The translations under genes were made by a program, and so were the position numbers. Source: Octopus vulgaris (taxonomy: Eukaryota). From it: a stretch of 64,000 bases of DNA. The notes under the pieces are model-generated. The model made no database searches. It saw only the letters and a program-made list of their open reading frames with translations, and was not told the DNA's origin. This document shows positions 27,868 to 43,084 of the stretch, piece after piece; position 1 is the stretch's first letter, and each line of letters begins with the position of its first letter. Location of the stretch: the NCBI GenBank assembly GCA_951406725.2, contig OX597816.1, forward strand, positions 85,188,001 to 85,252,000. The letters run 5' to 3'.

Positions 27868-29666
27868 ATGTGTGTATGTGTGTGTGTGTTTCGTTGCATG
27901 CTTTCTTGATTACATCAAGTAGCACTTGCGTTGCTGCTAAGCAACATTAATTTTCATTCACTCTACAATGGACGACTTTCTCATATCCGATAGAATGACA
28001 ACAACTTGGTGATGTAATATAAATTGTAATTATATTGCTAGCGTAGTATATATTTGTAAATTTGATTATACTTCATGATTCTATTACCTTCTACTTTGTT
28101 CTGAATGTAGCAAATTGTGGTATATGTATAATTTGCCTATTTAAAGTTGTCAGAATATTCTTTTGAAATTTTAATATTCGTTTTCAAATAAATATCAAAT
28201 ATATTACCTCGTGCGAATATTGTTAATTGTAAAATTTCAATCAGTTTTTTTCGTAAACATTTTGTTATAAATTCGATGTAATGAAGTCTATCGCAGTTCT
28301 CTGAGAAGTTTGAGACATTGTGTGATAACTGAGAAGAAATGGCTGTTTGAGAAGACACTATTGAAGGCTGATGATAGATCGGGTGTTCAAATCGTGTTGT
28401 AGCATAGATTTAAATTCTAGAAATTTTATTTTACCATATTTTATTTGCTGTGGGACATGTGAACTAACTACAGTTAATTTATTGTCGTCTCTATAAAGAA
28501 ATTATTTTGTTTTTCTTTTAAGGATCTTGAGCCAGCAGAGTCAGTATACAACGTACATTACTGATGTACTTTCTTGGCAGTCAAAATGCTAGCTTCCATC
28601 TAATTTACGCTCTTTATAGTACATTTACTTCAGGGTGTTAATTAAGGAATAAATTCGCTGCAGAAGAAACGATGCATTAGTAAAATATAATTAACGAATG
28701 TGCCGTTATTCATAAATATAAAAAAAAGGATAATTAGTTATATGCAACCAAAACAAATATAACAAAGAGTATAAAACCTCCAAATTTGAGTTGTCTGTTT
28801 AAAAATTGCAATCAGTGTTTTCACTTTAACTATTGAATTTGAGCTTACTTTCTTATAGTATATGCTACAATGTTAACTATTCTCATTGTAATATTCATAT
28901 AGCGACGCAGTTGTCGATCATAAGTTGGACGTGTTGCAGTAAAACACGTAACCCTTAAGGCGGATGACTGCGGCAACGCCGACTACAACTCATGAGCTTG
29001 AGCTTATTGACGTAATGACAAACTTTGAACTTCACTCCATCGAATTAATAAAAAAAAAACAACCTAAAACGAGGAATTTATACACCGCACCTATTATAGA
29101 GATATAATATTGAAAATTAGTGAAGCGTACAAATTACGTGATATAATGATAGCCACTTAGCTAAGTAAATGACATATGGTGAAATTCACTGTAATTTCAA
29201 ACCATTCACTGATATACGTTTGTTTAATCTTATTTTCCACTCTGCTTACATAAGCAAAAACTTTTCAAGTATACAAAACTACGTGTATTGTCTAAGGCTA
29301 TGGATTTATAGACAAATTATGTAAATCATCTCAAAATGCAGACATAAATAAATCAATCTATTTGACATAATCTTATCATTGTATATTATCTCAAGCCGTG
29401 CATATGAATCATTAGTCTGTTAATACTTGTTTTCTTTAGTTTGTAGGTTAGACATTCTGGCAAGATACTTTTTCTTACAGTCTTCCAGCAACAGGTGTTG
29501 AACACCTGAAAACAGAGTTGTTTACTACTCCACCATTCCTCAAATAACCTAAAGGAAGGCATGCATATCCCAGTATTTCATTAATACACAATGATACAGA
29601 CGATTGCTTTCGCATTCAAACGAAACAATGATAATGATATATTACATCGTAATTATTATATCTAAT

Positions 29667-29721
<55 letters not shown>

Positions 29722-30479
29722 GTATAAGTGCATACACACATAGACACAACATACGCACCTCACAGACACACACATGTACATAGATGCATACATATGTATG
29801 TAATGAAAATACTCCTATTTTCTAAATAATATATTTTTTAAATTATCATTTCATATCTGCGAATCACATATTTATTGTTCGTTTCAAGCGAAAGAATTCT
29901 CAAATTTCAGTGTTTATTTGTTGCTCTTGAAACACAGATACATAAATAAAATGAGATCCAGAATAAAAAAAATATTTTAGTGTTTACCACTATCAGTAAA
30001 AGTACGAATCTGATGACATAGAATTCTAACCCTCCAGCGGTGAAGTTATGAATAACAATCTATACGAACAAAATCCTGACTGTAAATTCCTATTAATAAG
30101 AACAGTGTATGATAGGCAAATACCCCATCATATCCTGAGGATCAAGCGACAAAAGCAATTTCGAATCGTTGGAATATTGTTGGAAAAGTAGTCGGGCTAC
30201 TCTTTAATAACGATGTCAGGGTCGAACCATTTGTGGAAATATGAAACTGTCATAGCACAGCTTCTTACGTAGGGTTAGATTTGTCAGTTTTCTGTTTCAT
30301 ACTTTGATAAATGGTAACTAACACACACTACGATATAAGTTCTTGGCACTCGTGAAAGTTAACTAATATTTCAAAGTCAGTTGAATTGTTTTCTGACATT
30401 ATAAAGTTTCCATAAAAATTTTAGGTTAAACTCAATAAATAATCGTAGTGTAAATATTCATTATTCTTCTTTAACAATA

Positions 30480-31016
30480 CCAGGCACTGGATCTCATCGC
30501 TTCTGATATTAACTGATTGCAGATGTTATCATGTACATGTTTTGTCTTGATATAAAAGATGGGCTACAGCAAAAATTCTGCTCAATACCAGAGATTTGCT
30601 TGTCAGTTGTTTGACATTAACCATTCAAGCATATCTCTTAGTGGCTGACGATATGTGAATCTCAGATCAAGAGCAAAAGTAGTAGGGTAGCATTATAGAC
30701 ATGTGTTGAGAAGAATTATTTGGGCTTTCAATCATCCACCTCTGGAAATATTGGTGTTTCGTTTGATACCTTTAAACAACTCTTATTCAGAGATTTTTGG
30801 GAGGGATGGCCTATTCCATCGGAAGAAAATTCTAACTGCACCCCACGTGGAAGATCATGCACTGTTTATCCTGATATGAGATAACCATGTGGTTGTGATG
30901 CAATTGCCCAGTGTACCCTTCTTGGAGAGGTAGTCAGAATGGGTATACTGGGTTTCATATATTTTACCCGTATCACTATGATAACATCCACTGCTCTGTC
31001 TCACTCAATAATAATC
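30480..31016 (+). mobile_element. Unclassified retroposon-like interspersed repeat ending in (AAT)n
   Basis: Compositionally distinct block ending ...CTCACTCAATAATAAT before (CA)n. It resembles a repeat I recall from octopod DNA. There is no second copy or protein motif in the window. Confidence 0.35.
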
Positions 31017-31041
31017 ACACGCACACACACACTCACTCACT

Positions 31042-31125
<84 letters not shown>

Positions 31126-31129
31126 TAGA

Positions 31130-31433
31130 GCATTCTGTCGGTTACGACAACGAGGGTTCCAGCTGATACGATCGATAGAACAGCTTGCTCGGGAAATTAA
31201 CGTACAAGTGGCTGCGCACTACAGAGACACGTGTGCCCTTAACGTAATTCTCAGGGAGATTCAGCGTGACACAGAGTGTAACAAGGCTGGCTCTTTGAAA
31301 TACAGGTACTACCCATTTTTGCCAGCTGAATGGACAGGAGCAACGTGGAATAAAGTGTCTTGCTCAAGGACTCAACGTGTCGCCGAGAATTGAACTCATG
31401 ACCTTACGATCGTGAGCCGAATGTCCTAACCAC
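31130..31433 (-). mobile_element. SINE family C
   Basis: Reverse complement aligns with 9325-9638; lies between two (CA)n tracts. Confidence 0.95.
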
Positions 31434-31451
31434 ATACACACACACGCACAC

Positions 31452-31503
<52 letters not shown>

Positions 31504-32834
31504 ATATATAACATCGTCCTGCATAGCACTACCACATTGTGTTGTCAAATACACTTTACTGTACGGTACTGTTACTACATATTTCTCACTCAGAGATTAA
31601 AACTAGCTGTTTTTCTCCTTTCGACATTAGCGACTGTGTATTGCTTTAAAAGTATATACTGTGAGCAAGGTGGACTGGCTACCATCTCTACCCGCTGATT
31701 GACCTGTACCGAGGAAGTGTTAATAACCCACAAACAATTGGTCTACAGGTATTGCTAAGCCTAGAAAGGGAGCAGTAAACTCCCTTGCCCACGGTAGCTA
31801 GCTGGAGAAGATGTTTTCTTGGAGATAAAAGGTAGTAACATCGTCCTTCGTAGGACTGCCATGTTTTGTTGACATTTACTACACACACACACACATACAC
31901 ACACACACACATTCATACATATATGTATGTGTGTGTGTGCATTGTGTGCACGCAGACAATTTACATACTGGCTCATATGAAATCAATTGTGTTAATTAGA
32001 ACAGTAAAACAGAAGTTCAAACAAATTAGACTTGCGTCTTATGATACTGAACACTCCATAACATGAAGTCTCCAGTGATTATTTAGCATGAGATAATAGA
32101 AATAAAATAAAAGTAACTTTGCATCTTGAAACGTGCGTGCCTATGTTAAAAATTTAGGTTAAAGACATGTGCGTTCGACCGCAGAGTGTCTAGCAAATTA
32201 TTTAATGGAACTGCTGTCATCCTCATGGGAGCTGTCTTTGTATTGTCATGCAATCTTTTAAAATTCGCTAGGATAGTGGACGCCAAAGACATGTGCTAAC
32301 AACTAGCTTGAACTACAATTACATTTCCGATCCCAGCTGAAACTATTTCGCTTCATATACGTTGATAATGATCTTGGCAACTAGGGAAATGAATAATCAA
32401 CTAAGTTCCTGTTTTTCCTGCCTTTAATTCGGCGAATACGTATTAAGTCACCAGATAACAGTTTTTGATTTCTGATTGTAAAAATTTAGTATTCTGGAAT
32501 GTAGAATTTTGTTACATGAAACAGAGACGTTGTACGATTTCAATTCCAACACCAAAACCTCTCCTACTTTTTGTTTTGATGCTTTGAAAAAAATACAGAT
32601 ATAAAAAATTCCCACTTTGTTACTCAGTATCAAAGTAAGTGGCTAACCTAGATTACAATACGTTGATATCATTTCATTATTTCCGAGTACTTACGTCGAA
32701 TACTTTTGCAGTATCCCGTTTCTTCCCTTCCAAGAATTGTTGCAGTATTCTTTGCTATAATGTATGTATGTATGTATGTATGTATGTATGTATGTATGTA
32801 TGTATGTATGTATGTATGTATGTATGTATGTATG

Positions 32835-32876
<42 letters not shown>

Positions 32877-32908
32877 CCTATCTATCTACCTATCTACCTA
32901 TCTACCTA

Positions 32909-33142
32909 TCTTATTTCTTTACTACTCGCAAGGGGCTAAACATAGAGGGGACAAACAAGGACAGACAAACGGATTAAGTTGATTACATCTACCCCAGTGC
33001 GTAACTGGTACTTAATTTATCGACCCCGAAAGGATGAAAGGCAAAGTAGACCTCGGCGGAATTTGAACTCAGAATGTGGTGGCAGACGAAATACCGCTAA
33101 GCATTTCGCCCGGTGTGCTAACGTTTCTGCCAGCTCGCCGCC
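32909..33142 (-). mobile_element. SINE family B, full length, long-tail variant
   Basis: Minus strand: GGCGGCGAGCTGGCAGAAACGTTAG...GAGTTCAAATTCC...GCCTTTCATCCTTTCGGGGTCGATAAATTAAGTACCAG...GTCCCCTCTATGTTTAGCCCCTTG..AGTAGTAAAGAAATAA; inserted in a (CTAT/CTAC) repeat. Confidence 0.95.
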
Positions 33143-33501
33143 TTATCTACCTATCTACCTATCTATCCGTGTGTGTGTGTGTGTGTGTGTGTCTGCCTGT
33201 CTGATTGGCTGTTGTTCTCGTCGTCTCGCGTAAGTTCATATATTTTGTCGTGTTTGCCTATGTACACCTGTATATATTTTTGCCAGAAAGGTTCCTAATA
33301 ACATCTCCTTGGCCTAGAGCGAAGCTTGCTCGAAAGTTTTCCTTTTAAGGGCCAATTTTCATATTGCACAATCTTATCTCATAAATATTTCCATCTGTCT
33401 GGAAAACAGTTGCAGCATTCTTCTGCTCCACTTTCATATGACAATCCCTCCATTATCGTCACCTAACACATCGCACAAAAAATAAAGCATTGATACACAC
33501 A

Positions 33502-33582
<81 letters not shown>

Positions 33583-33912
33583 ACACAGACACATACGCAC
33601 GAACACATTTGAACAACAATACGCATACTGACGCAAGCTTTCCTTTCGAACAAGTGGGAAAGGAAGGCAGAGAGATGAACGGTGCAACCACCTCTATTAC
33701 CTCTTTTGTCACTACCACTGTTACAAAAACCACTACCACCAGCAATAATACAATTTATAAAACCGAATAAATTTGCAGCTATTTTAAAACAAAGATTTGC
33801 ACCCTGAAATACAATTAAGATGGCTGGTGTCAGCCATCTGTTACGATTTCGAAGAAAATTGAAACATATTAGAAATTCAGTTCTGTACTTAAGAGATGAG
33901 GAATCATGTACT

Positions 33913-34294
<382 letters not shown>

Positions 34295-34296
34295 TG

Positions 34297-35915
34297 TCTT
34301 GGAACAGCAAAACTGGGCCGGTTAAGGGGTTGAGATTTTAATCCAGGCAAATCAGAACACAATAAAATATCACTCAGATTTAATAAAGCTACCGTATGGC
34401 ACGACCCTTCATATCACCGTTGAGGACCGAAGGCCACGTTGCTACCTTTTCGGTAGCCAATACCATTTAAAACAGACTGCAAATTGATAGAACAATAAAA
34501 GCAACAACAACAGCAAAACCAGAATTCCAAGAGCAAACCAGCACCACCATCAGCACAAACAAAGGTGCAGCTCCACGATCAGATGAAAGAACTACTCAAA
34601 ATACCCAAACAAATCAGCCAACCCAAGAAGTGACCACCACCAACAACAGAAGCAAAACCATCACCACCACCAACAACAACAGCCACAGAAGTACCGAACC
34701 CTGAAAAGGTAAAAAAGGACCAACAAACCATTTATCACATCCCAATAACCACCAACTAACACCAACAACAACAACAACACACACACAAATTTATCCCAAT
34801 ACCCTTCCCCTTCCTTCCTCTGATTCCTCCGACATGTCGATACAGAAGAATAGCAAATGGCCACCGGGGTGGGGGGAGGAGGAGAAAAGGAGTAAAGAAT
34901 AGAAGAGACACGCACTCAAACAAACCAAGGAAGTCTACCGCTCTCGAGAACAAAACTATTGCACAAACACACACACATTAGCACCAATACTGCAAACACA
35001 AGCATCAAATGGCCCCACAATGTTGACAGTAATAAACACATACAATTCATACCTAATGCAATTCATTGGGTCAAAGACCAACATAACAGAAGACAATATC
35101 AAAAATGTCAAAGATTGTGAGTTGGACAACAACCAACTTTCGAACAGTAAGTGACTCTCCCTCCCTCTTTCCCTCTCTCACTGTCTCTCTCTCTCTCTCA
35201 TTCTTTCATTTTTTCTTTCGTGTGTAAAGCAAAAATTTTGATAGGCCCATGCTTAGAATAGGTTGCATAATTATGAGTGGCTTGGGGTCGCCTTCCAAAC
35301 AAGGCTACCTGTTAAATGACATCAAATCACAGAATCTGCATATCATAGCCACCAATGAGACCAGACTGCACGACCCGTGGGCCCTCCAGTACATGCTCAG
35401 CGGACAATTCGACATTTATTTTTCTCCGTGTCTGTCGAGAATGAGCGGAGTTGGTACCGCGGTGCTTTTCCGGAAGAGTCTGACCCTCAAAATAAAAGCA
35501 GTATTCCTAGACCCAGAGGGTAGGCTGGTCGTCTTGGATGTCCATGCCAATAATGGGTGAGCTTTTCGACTGATAACAGTTACCGACTTTAATAGGTCGC
35601 CAGATTTCTTTCGATATTTAGAGGTTTTCCTGAGAACGTCTCGACCTTTACTTTTAGTGGGAGATTGGAACGCTACCTTGGACACGCATCTAGACTACGT
35701 GGATAGAGATAGGAATAGGAGGTGATGTAAAAGCGTCAAAGACCTGCTCAGACGTTTACAACTGTCTGACAGGTACCGATTGGACCAGTCGAATGTGCCA
35801 ATGTGGACATGGAGCAACTGCATCGGGTCGTCCAAATCGTATTTAGATATAGTATTATGTAGGAGATTGGACAGGAATAGTGTAGGTTGTCCACAATTGG
35901 TGGACTCGTGTGAAA
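34297..35915 (+). mobile_element. Tx1/L1-clade LINE relic: ORF1 zinc-knuckle region and ORF2 AP-endonuclease domain
   Basis: ITVEDRRPRCYLFGSQYHLK (decayed CCHC, ~34405-34475). ORF2 from 35249 reads MLRIGCI..SGL...IIATNETRL...GTAVLFRK...DPEGRLVVLDV...LLLVGDWNATLD...LSDRYR...MWTW...SYLDIVL. Confidence 0.9.
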
Positions 35916-36349
35916 GGTTTAGAGACAAGCACTTTCCTCTCTAGCCTATCTCTCATCAACTCATCACCCTACTCCTCCAGGAATCGATCCCTATGCCAAC
36001 CCTAGAATAGCACAAATATGCATCCAGGAGCCACAACCCTACACCCAGTCTCCATCCAGTGAAGATGACTTTTTAATAATGGATACGCGTAGAAAGAAAT
36101 TGACCTGAGGGAGAAGGGAGGATTTTGTCAACAGAAAAAACAACTGATGGAGAAAACGTAAGTTGTAAAAGATTTTGATATATAAGAGACTATTGCAGAT
36201 AAAAGAAGGATGAAATTGGTAAGGTGGTGTTAGTAATGCGGTCGCCAGGGATGAGGGGCCTCTGGAAGCCGCCAACCCTCCCCACCTTACATTTAAAAAA
36301 AAAAGAATAAAATTGACAAAATTTGAAATTCAGGACTAATTGTAAAAGG

Positions 36350-36515
36350 TTCAATGATTTCACTCGAAATGTGGGCTTTGAGCGGCCGTCATTCTTCATT
36401 CTTTGTTTTCATCTTCTCATTCGTCTTGTTTTTTCCCCCAAATATATCTTGTCTGTTCTTGTGCCGTCCCCTCTATGTTGAGCCTTTATGGCATGTTTAA
36501 AAATAAAATAAAAGA
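36350..36515 (+). mobile_element. Probable 3' UTR and A-rich tail of the Tx1/L1 element
   Basis: Pyrimidine-rich tract ending ...GTCCCCTCTATGTTGAGCCTTTATGGCATGTTTAAAAATAAAATAAAAGA, downstream of and co-oriented with the APE fragment. Confidence 0.45.
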
Positions 36516-36974
36516 TTAAATTATCCCACTACTTTCAATGTATAGGAAGTAATCGTCATTGAAAGTGTCTTCAGCTGCATAAAATAGTGGGATCGGTTAT
36601 AGTATTTTCATGCCAATCAATTACAAAACTCTCCTACAAATTTACCAATATCTGTAATAGCAAGGTTGTAACTAAAATGGACAAATATTTTCTCAGAAAC
36701 TATTTTCAAGAATGCTAACTGTCAACCGATTTAAGGAGTATTTTATTATTTTGCTGTCTTTGATTCATCCTATTTCTTAACCGATTAATTTGGATTTTTC
36801 ATGATTTGGGATATGACATATGTGATTTTTTGCTTTATCTATGGTGTACTAATGAAATAATAATATCATCTTCATCGAGGATCATATATTTTGTGAAAAA
36901 AAAAAAGGATAGTTCACCAAATCAATTTATACATAAACCTGACAAGTGGATATTTCGTATATTATGCAATAATG

Positions 36975-37175
36975 TGAATGTGCGTGGCTTAGTGTCTAGG
37001 GTATTTGGCTTAAAGTCGTAAAGTTATGAGTTCCATTCCTGGTGGGGTGCTGAGTCCTGAAGTAAAACACTTTATTTCACATTGCACCACTTCATTCGGC
37101 TGGTAATTATGAGTAGTAACTGTATTTCAAAGGGTCAGCCGTGTCACATTCTGTATCACGTCGAATCTCTCTGTG
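36975..37175 (+). mobile_element. SINE family C, 3'-truncated, degenerate
   Basis: Aligns with 9325-9535. Confidence 0.85.
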
Positions 37176-37698
37176 AACTGCCTTAAAGGTATTCGTGGAA
37201 ATGAAAGCCTTGCGACAGGAACATGGGAGATGGACATAAGAGGTGTTGACAGTCGGCAGTCAGGCCAAGAAAGAAAAATCATGGCTGGCCGGACACCGGA
37301 CACGTGAAAGGAGAGAGGGTAGGGGCAGCGGGATTGAAGGATTAGGGAAAAAAAGCAAAGGTATAAAGGGAAAAGTACAGGGGAGATAAGCGAAGAGGAA
37401 AAGTGTGAGTTAAAGAAAGAGAGGGCCAAGAAATTTGAGAGAGAAGTGGAGCGAGAAAAAGAAAAGAGTAAAAAAGTATGATGGGGACTAAAAGACAGAG
37501 TAAAAAATCGTACAAAATTTAGATACATACTTACTTACAAGGTGAGCACATATGTGCACGTACGCCGCTATGTGTATATATTAAAAAAAATGGAACAAAC
37601 GCGCAATAGAGGACAATAAAATATTCGGTCTGACGATACAAATGCGAATTCGTAGCCTTCTTTCTTCAGTCAAGTTACCAGATGTCCTCAGCCACTCA

Positions 37699-37795
<97 letters not shown>

Positions 37796-38292
37796 TATTG
37801 CCATATAATTCTGCACACGCACATATCCTGATAGACCGTTATGAATATATATTTTTCTAAAACGCTTAACCACATTTACACAAATTTAAATTACTTCAAC
37901 CAATGGGCATGGATAATTATAAAAAGTCCGTATGTAGTTTCGTTATATATATAAGTGTGTATGTATATATATATATGAATATATGTATGTAAATTTTATG
38001 TATGTATCTCAATATATGTACATTTGTAGCTATATACGTATATACACTATTCTATCTTTTTCTACTTTTATTCTATTTTATTTGTCTATGTGTTCTTATT
38101 TTTCTGTATGTTGCTTCCTACATTCATTTCATGTTATTCTTTATTCTACTTTATTCTGTTATATTCAAATTAATCCGTTAACAATCACGCACATAGAAAA
38201 AGAAAAACAAACAATTCCATATATATATATAGAGAGAGAGTCTCCTGACATGAAGAGAAAGCTCAACATGTAAATTTTTAAATGTCTAACAT

Positions 38293-38380
38293 TCCCCTGA
38301 TGATATTTTGCTCATAACATATAAATTCAAATTCAATGCAAAAACTTGTAATTTATTCAATGAATAAACAACTGTAGGAT
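38293..38380 (+). ncRNA. Decayed hammerhead-like motif in a probable PLE end
   Basis: CC-CTGATGA(38297-38303)...TAAAC-AACT-GTA-GG. G12 is mutated and helix II is poor. Confidence 0.35.
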
Positions 38381-38889
38381 AAATGATTATCAACTTATTA
38401 ATATATAATTATCAACCACTAACTCTCCATTTTCTTCTCTCAATTATATATCTATATAACCAAGAGTTAAGGAATAGATTCGAAAAAATCCTGGCTACAT
38501 ATGTTTCATAGAGTGCGGAACATTGGAAGTGGCAAATATATGAGAGAGGTGTATATCACAGGTTACTCTTTCGGCCAACGATATCAATAGTAAAGTAAAA
38601 TCTGTGTACATGGGCCTACGGTCATCGGCTTAGATGCAGTTTTGTCTTTATATGCCTTGTTGAGAGTTTGGATAAAAACGATCTTTATCTTTTGATAAAT
38701 TAACGTGTTTTTCTTTTCAATAATTACCTGACTTTGTGCGTCTTTGATGATTAAAGATTTCCATAATTCGCTTTTGTTTACATTCAAAATATTTGAATAG
38801 CAATTTAAAGGCAACCGGCAAAACTTTTGATGGTACGTTTCATGATATTAACCTATGAAAGCAAATCAAAGTTGTCGATGAGATGCCAA

Positions 38890-39330
38890 TAGGGACTTAT
38901 TTAAATGTTCCCCATTGCTTAAAAATACAACTGTTCTTCAACTTTATGAGAAAAAAGGCGATGTGTTCAAAAGAAATCATCGTGTATCATTGACTCCAAT
39001 ATTAACCAGTTTTCTTTGATACTTACAAAACATATTTTATTTAAGAAACTTCAATTTATTAAATGTTCCAACAGAGTAAATTTAAACATGCTGAATATAA
39101 AAATGGAGTTGATATATTTGGATGCCATTAGGATAAGATTTATTAATTATGAAGAATCCCCATTAGAAAGCACGAAACTCTAGAATTGAGAGCTGCGCTA
39201 CAGAGCAATGAATGAAATTGATAAAGGACAATAATAGTCCAAAAATACAGAAAACTAGTTTCTGGCACTTCTGAAGTCGAATCCTTAGTGATATCCGTTC
39301 TGAACATACTTGTATGAGGCATTGCTTTTA
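38890..39330 (+). mobile_element. Highly decayed CR1-like RT fragment
   Basis: VPHCLKNTTVLQLYEKKGDVFKRNHRVSLTPIL resembles VPxxWKxAxVxPIxKKGD...NYRPVSLT; LIYLD appears downstream. Confidence 0.45.
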
Positions 39331-40733
39331 GTAATTTGTTTTGTCAAATTTTTAAGCTGAATTAAGAGTGAGGACTTACTCATGAAGCCGAGTTTTCATG
39401 GGTAGCTCTAAAGACAATCAAAGGCATCTTAATATAAAGTATCCTTTAATACTAGTATGCAAAATGTATAAAGTGAATCAGACAAATATTTCACAGTCAG
39501 TTGAAATGTCTGTTTTTTCTCCGCTGTCACTTTTTATTTTATGAATGTTCATATTCCTTATTTCTGATAATGAAGATGCTACATAATTTATAAATGCTGT
39601 TATTATTTTCATGCCATGAATAAAAGTTTTGATATTAATTATTTATATTCTGAAAATCTAGTTGTCCAGCAATTATATTTCTCTGAATTTGTGTTGAAAA
39701 GGAAAGAACTTCATGCAAAACCGGATTTAACCATTTAAAATACACAAGAACTATTCAATTTAATTTTCATTTATTTCTTGTCGTATCAAAATATTCGGTC
39801 ACGTTCAGTGACACAGTTCCACTGCGACTTAGTATCACTGAAAGTGTGTGTCCACCTTTTATGCCTTATTGGTCCTACGAGCTAAATACTTACTAGTGAA
39901 ACCAACGTGCAAACGTTTGTTATTCTACTCAAGTACATTTAAAGCAATTCTCAAGTCAAGACTGAGTGTTACAACATGACGCTGCAAGTAAAATCTAAAC
40001 AGTTACAAGAACAGACGAAGTACTAGAATATCCGTTCTGAAAAAATGAAAGTTAATTTGATTTTGACGGATCTGAATAGAGAATGCAGCAAGCGGTCAAA
40101 ATACTACAAGGTTTACTATTAGACACTTCCAAGTCGGCAAATTCACCGACTCGCAGGCTTAATATTTACTAATAGTTATTAACGTGGGTAAGCTGTTCTG
40201 GGATTCTTACTATGGATTTGACAAAAACAAAAACTGCTGTAGCTGCTTAGTGCAAATATTGTTGCTGCAGCTACTTCTAATAATACTAATATTATCTTAC
40301 AGACGACTTAATCAATTGTGTATACAGAACATAGGTACTACCTGTATGAATCTCTCTCTCTCTCTCTGTATTATAGTATGTAGATCAGCGGCGCTTGAAG
40401 AGTACCACAGTAGGTTATATGAGCAATAATTACTTAGTTTTATCTCATGAGTAGATATCTCAGCACTAATCCGTATCTTCACACATTTCGATCTAGATAC
40501 TGACTTCGATTTCATTCCGCTTACAATCCTTTCTTTAACTTCATTCCAAATTTTCCCTCCCTCCCTTTTCCTTCAATTCGGACTCCACCCAAACTCTCTT
40601 GCTATCTCTCTCTCTCTCTCTCTCTCTCCCTCTCTGGCTTTCCTTACTATTTTACGTCCATTCTCTTCTTTACTACTACCCTCTTTCTGTCTTCTCTCTT
40701 TTGTCTGTCTGTCTGTCTGTCTCTTCTGGTAAG

Positions 40734-40973
40734 AGTTACGACACCTCCTTGCGAGAGATAGACTTTACGAGAAAAGTATAAATAGTAATGATCCGAGTGA
40801 GTTTAAGGTTGAGAGTTCGGAGTCGAGTGTAATTTGTGTTAGTTCGCAGTGAAGTCGGAAGTTGTCGGTTGGTTAGTTCACAAGGATTATTGATTGTTGG
40901 TTCGTAAAGAGATTTGTTAGTTCGTTACATTGTTTTCCCTGTTGTCTGGTTATCTTATTTATTGTACGTAACA
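40734..40973 (+). mobile_element. Possible solo LTR (~240 bp)
   Basis: Termini (A)GTTACG...CGTAACA form a short inverted repeat, with TATAAATA at 40777-40784. No TSD found. Confidence 0.35.
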
Positions 40974-42537
40974 AATTAAGTTAGAACACTCTCCTTCTCT
41001 CTTTCTTTTGTGAAACACTTTCTAACTTCCTTAATGAATTTCACTTTCCTCATTAGATCTCTCTGCACCCTAGAAACTCCTTCGTTATGTTTAGGTTTTC
41101 CGCTTTCATTTTTTTCCTTACGCGCAAATCTCTCCTTTTTATCTATTCGTTTGCAAAAATGATGGCAACAATTTCACTTTTTCCCTCACTTCCACCAGAA
41201 AATTTAGTTTAGCCGTAATATTTTATACTTTATGCCTATCGGCAAATAAGTATTTTTTACTTTTCCAATAGTTTTGTCGAAAAATCAACTCGGAAGCAAG
41301 GTGGTTCAAAATCTTATAATTTTTATTTCGTACTCTGTCATGGGTGGATTAGTATGTATATCATGTTAATAATATTACACATTGTGTATATTAGATACCA
41401 TGTAGAGGCTGTTATACAAATTGATTCAATGTTTGAAAATGGTAAACCGTTTGGAATTCTTTAGATTTGGGGAATTCCTTTACACGGAAAGGGTTCCAGT
41501 TATTTCCTAATCATATCTGACTTCGTTGAAGTAAATAGATTTCGAATATTTTTCTTTCATTTTTAACTGACATTGATCTTGATGTCAATACATTGTTGAA
41601 CTATTTGGTGGTTGGAAGAGAATTGTTATTTTCAGCTGGGGATAGTAGAAATAAATAGAGATATTTATGAGACTTTTGCAGAAAGGTAGTTTAAAATCGA
41701 AATTTGCATGTCTTTTATATGACTGTCTCTTTATTCAGTACGCTTCAGGAAAATGGAGAGTTTTTCCTTAATCCTAGTGTTTTTAACGTAACATGATAAT
41801 AACAAACCTTCGTTTAATGCTATCCGAAATACATGTGTAGATTCGTAGCTTATATAAGATGAACTATTCATTAGCTTTTTATATGGATTATATGTATTAT
41901 CTAGCTCTAATGGAATGACAAGAAATATAACAATGCAACTGTTGACATTATATAGGAAGAGGACATTATGTATGTCCTGTATTTGTCTTCTGTCGTTTTC
42001 TATGGAGCGAGGAGGCAACGCTGTCATATTTCTAGAGTTCACTTTATAAGCCAGTCTGTGGCAATCTTTTAAGTAAAAAAGAAATGAATAAAGGCATTAT
42101 CAAAATAACTTTGCCCACCTCCACACAACAAAAGATTGAAAGAAACAGAAAAAACAACAAAAAAAATCTAATGTATATTATATAAAACTTTGTATCGCAG
42201 AATCATACAGAGATAGAAAATGTGAAGTTGCAGAGTGAAGTACAAACTTCATAACAGAAATTATATGAAGTTTGCAAATAAAATCGTGTTTTTAATATTT
42301 GATGATTTTACTGTCTATATCAGTGTAAAATATTTCAGGCAATTTATGATTACAAGTAGATTTTGTTGTTTCGTTCTTGGTTAACTGTCTTTGTAGAGAC
42401 TTATTAAAAATGTTCAATGCATAATAAACTTGTTTTTGCCAGGTATAATACATGTTACTTTTATTATAAATGCTATTATATACACACACAAACACACAAA
42501 ACTCACACACATATACACACATATATATACACATACG

Positions 42538-42641
<104 letters not shown>

Positions 42642-42924
42642 CATGTAAATATATTATATTAAATTAGAGATAAAACCACTATTAGGCAAATCAAACATAT
42701 ATATATATATGTCTGTGTGTGTATTATCAAAAACTTTTTAGATACATATTGTTGCCAAAATTCTCTTACAAAACGCTTTTTATCATATTTAATGTAAAAT
42801 TGCCAGTAAGTTTTTATATATAACATTGAGATATTTGGGAGAAAACAGTAGATTAGTAAGTCTACAATACACACATAGAAGGATAGTGTGTACGAAATTG
42901 ATATTATATATAATCTAACAGTTT

Positions 42925-43084
42925 AAAGGCACAATTGTGTCTGTTGGGTAAGGCATTTTGGTTCATACATGCATACTCGCAGGTTCAAGTTCCATAGCAT
43001 ATAAAGCAAGTGTTTTGTTTTATAGCACTGAGTCAACCGAAGTCTTGAAAGTGAATTTGTTAGATGGAAACTGAAAGAAGTCTA
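42925..43084 (+). mobile_element. SINE family A, old degenerate 5' half
   Basis: GCAAGTG...TATAGC...GTGAATTTGTTAGATGGAAACTGAAAGAAG. Confidence 0.7.
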
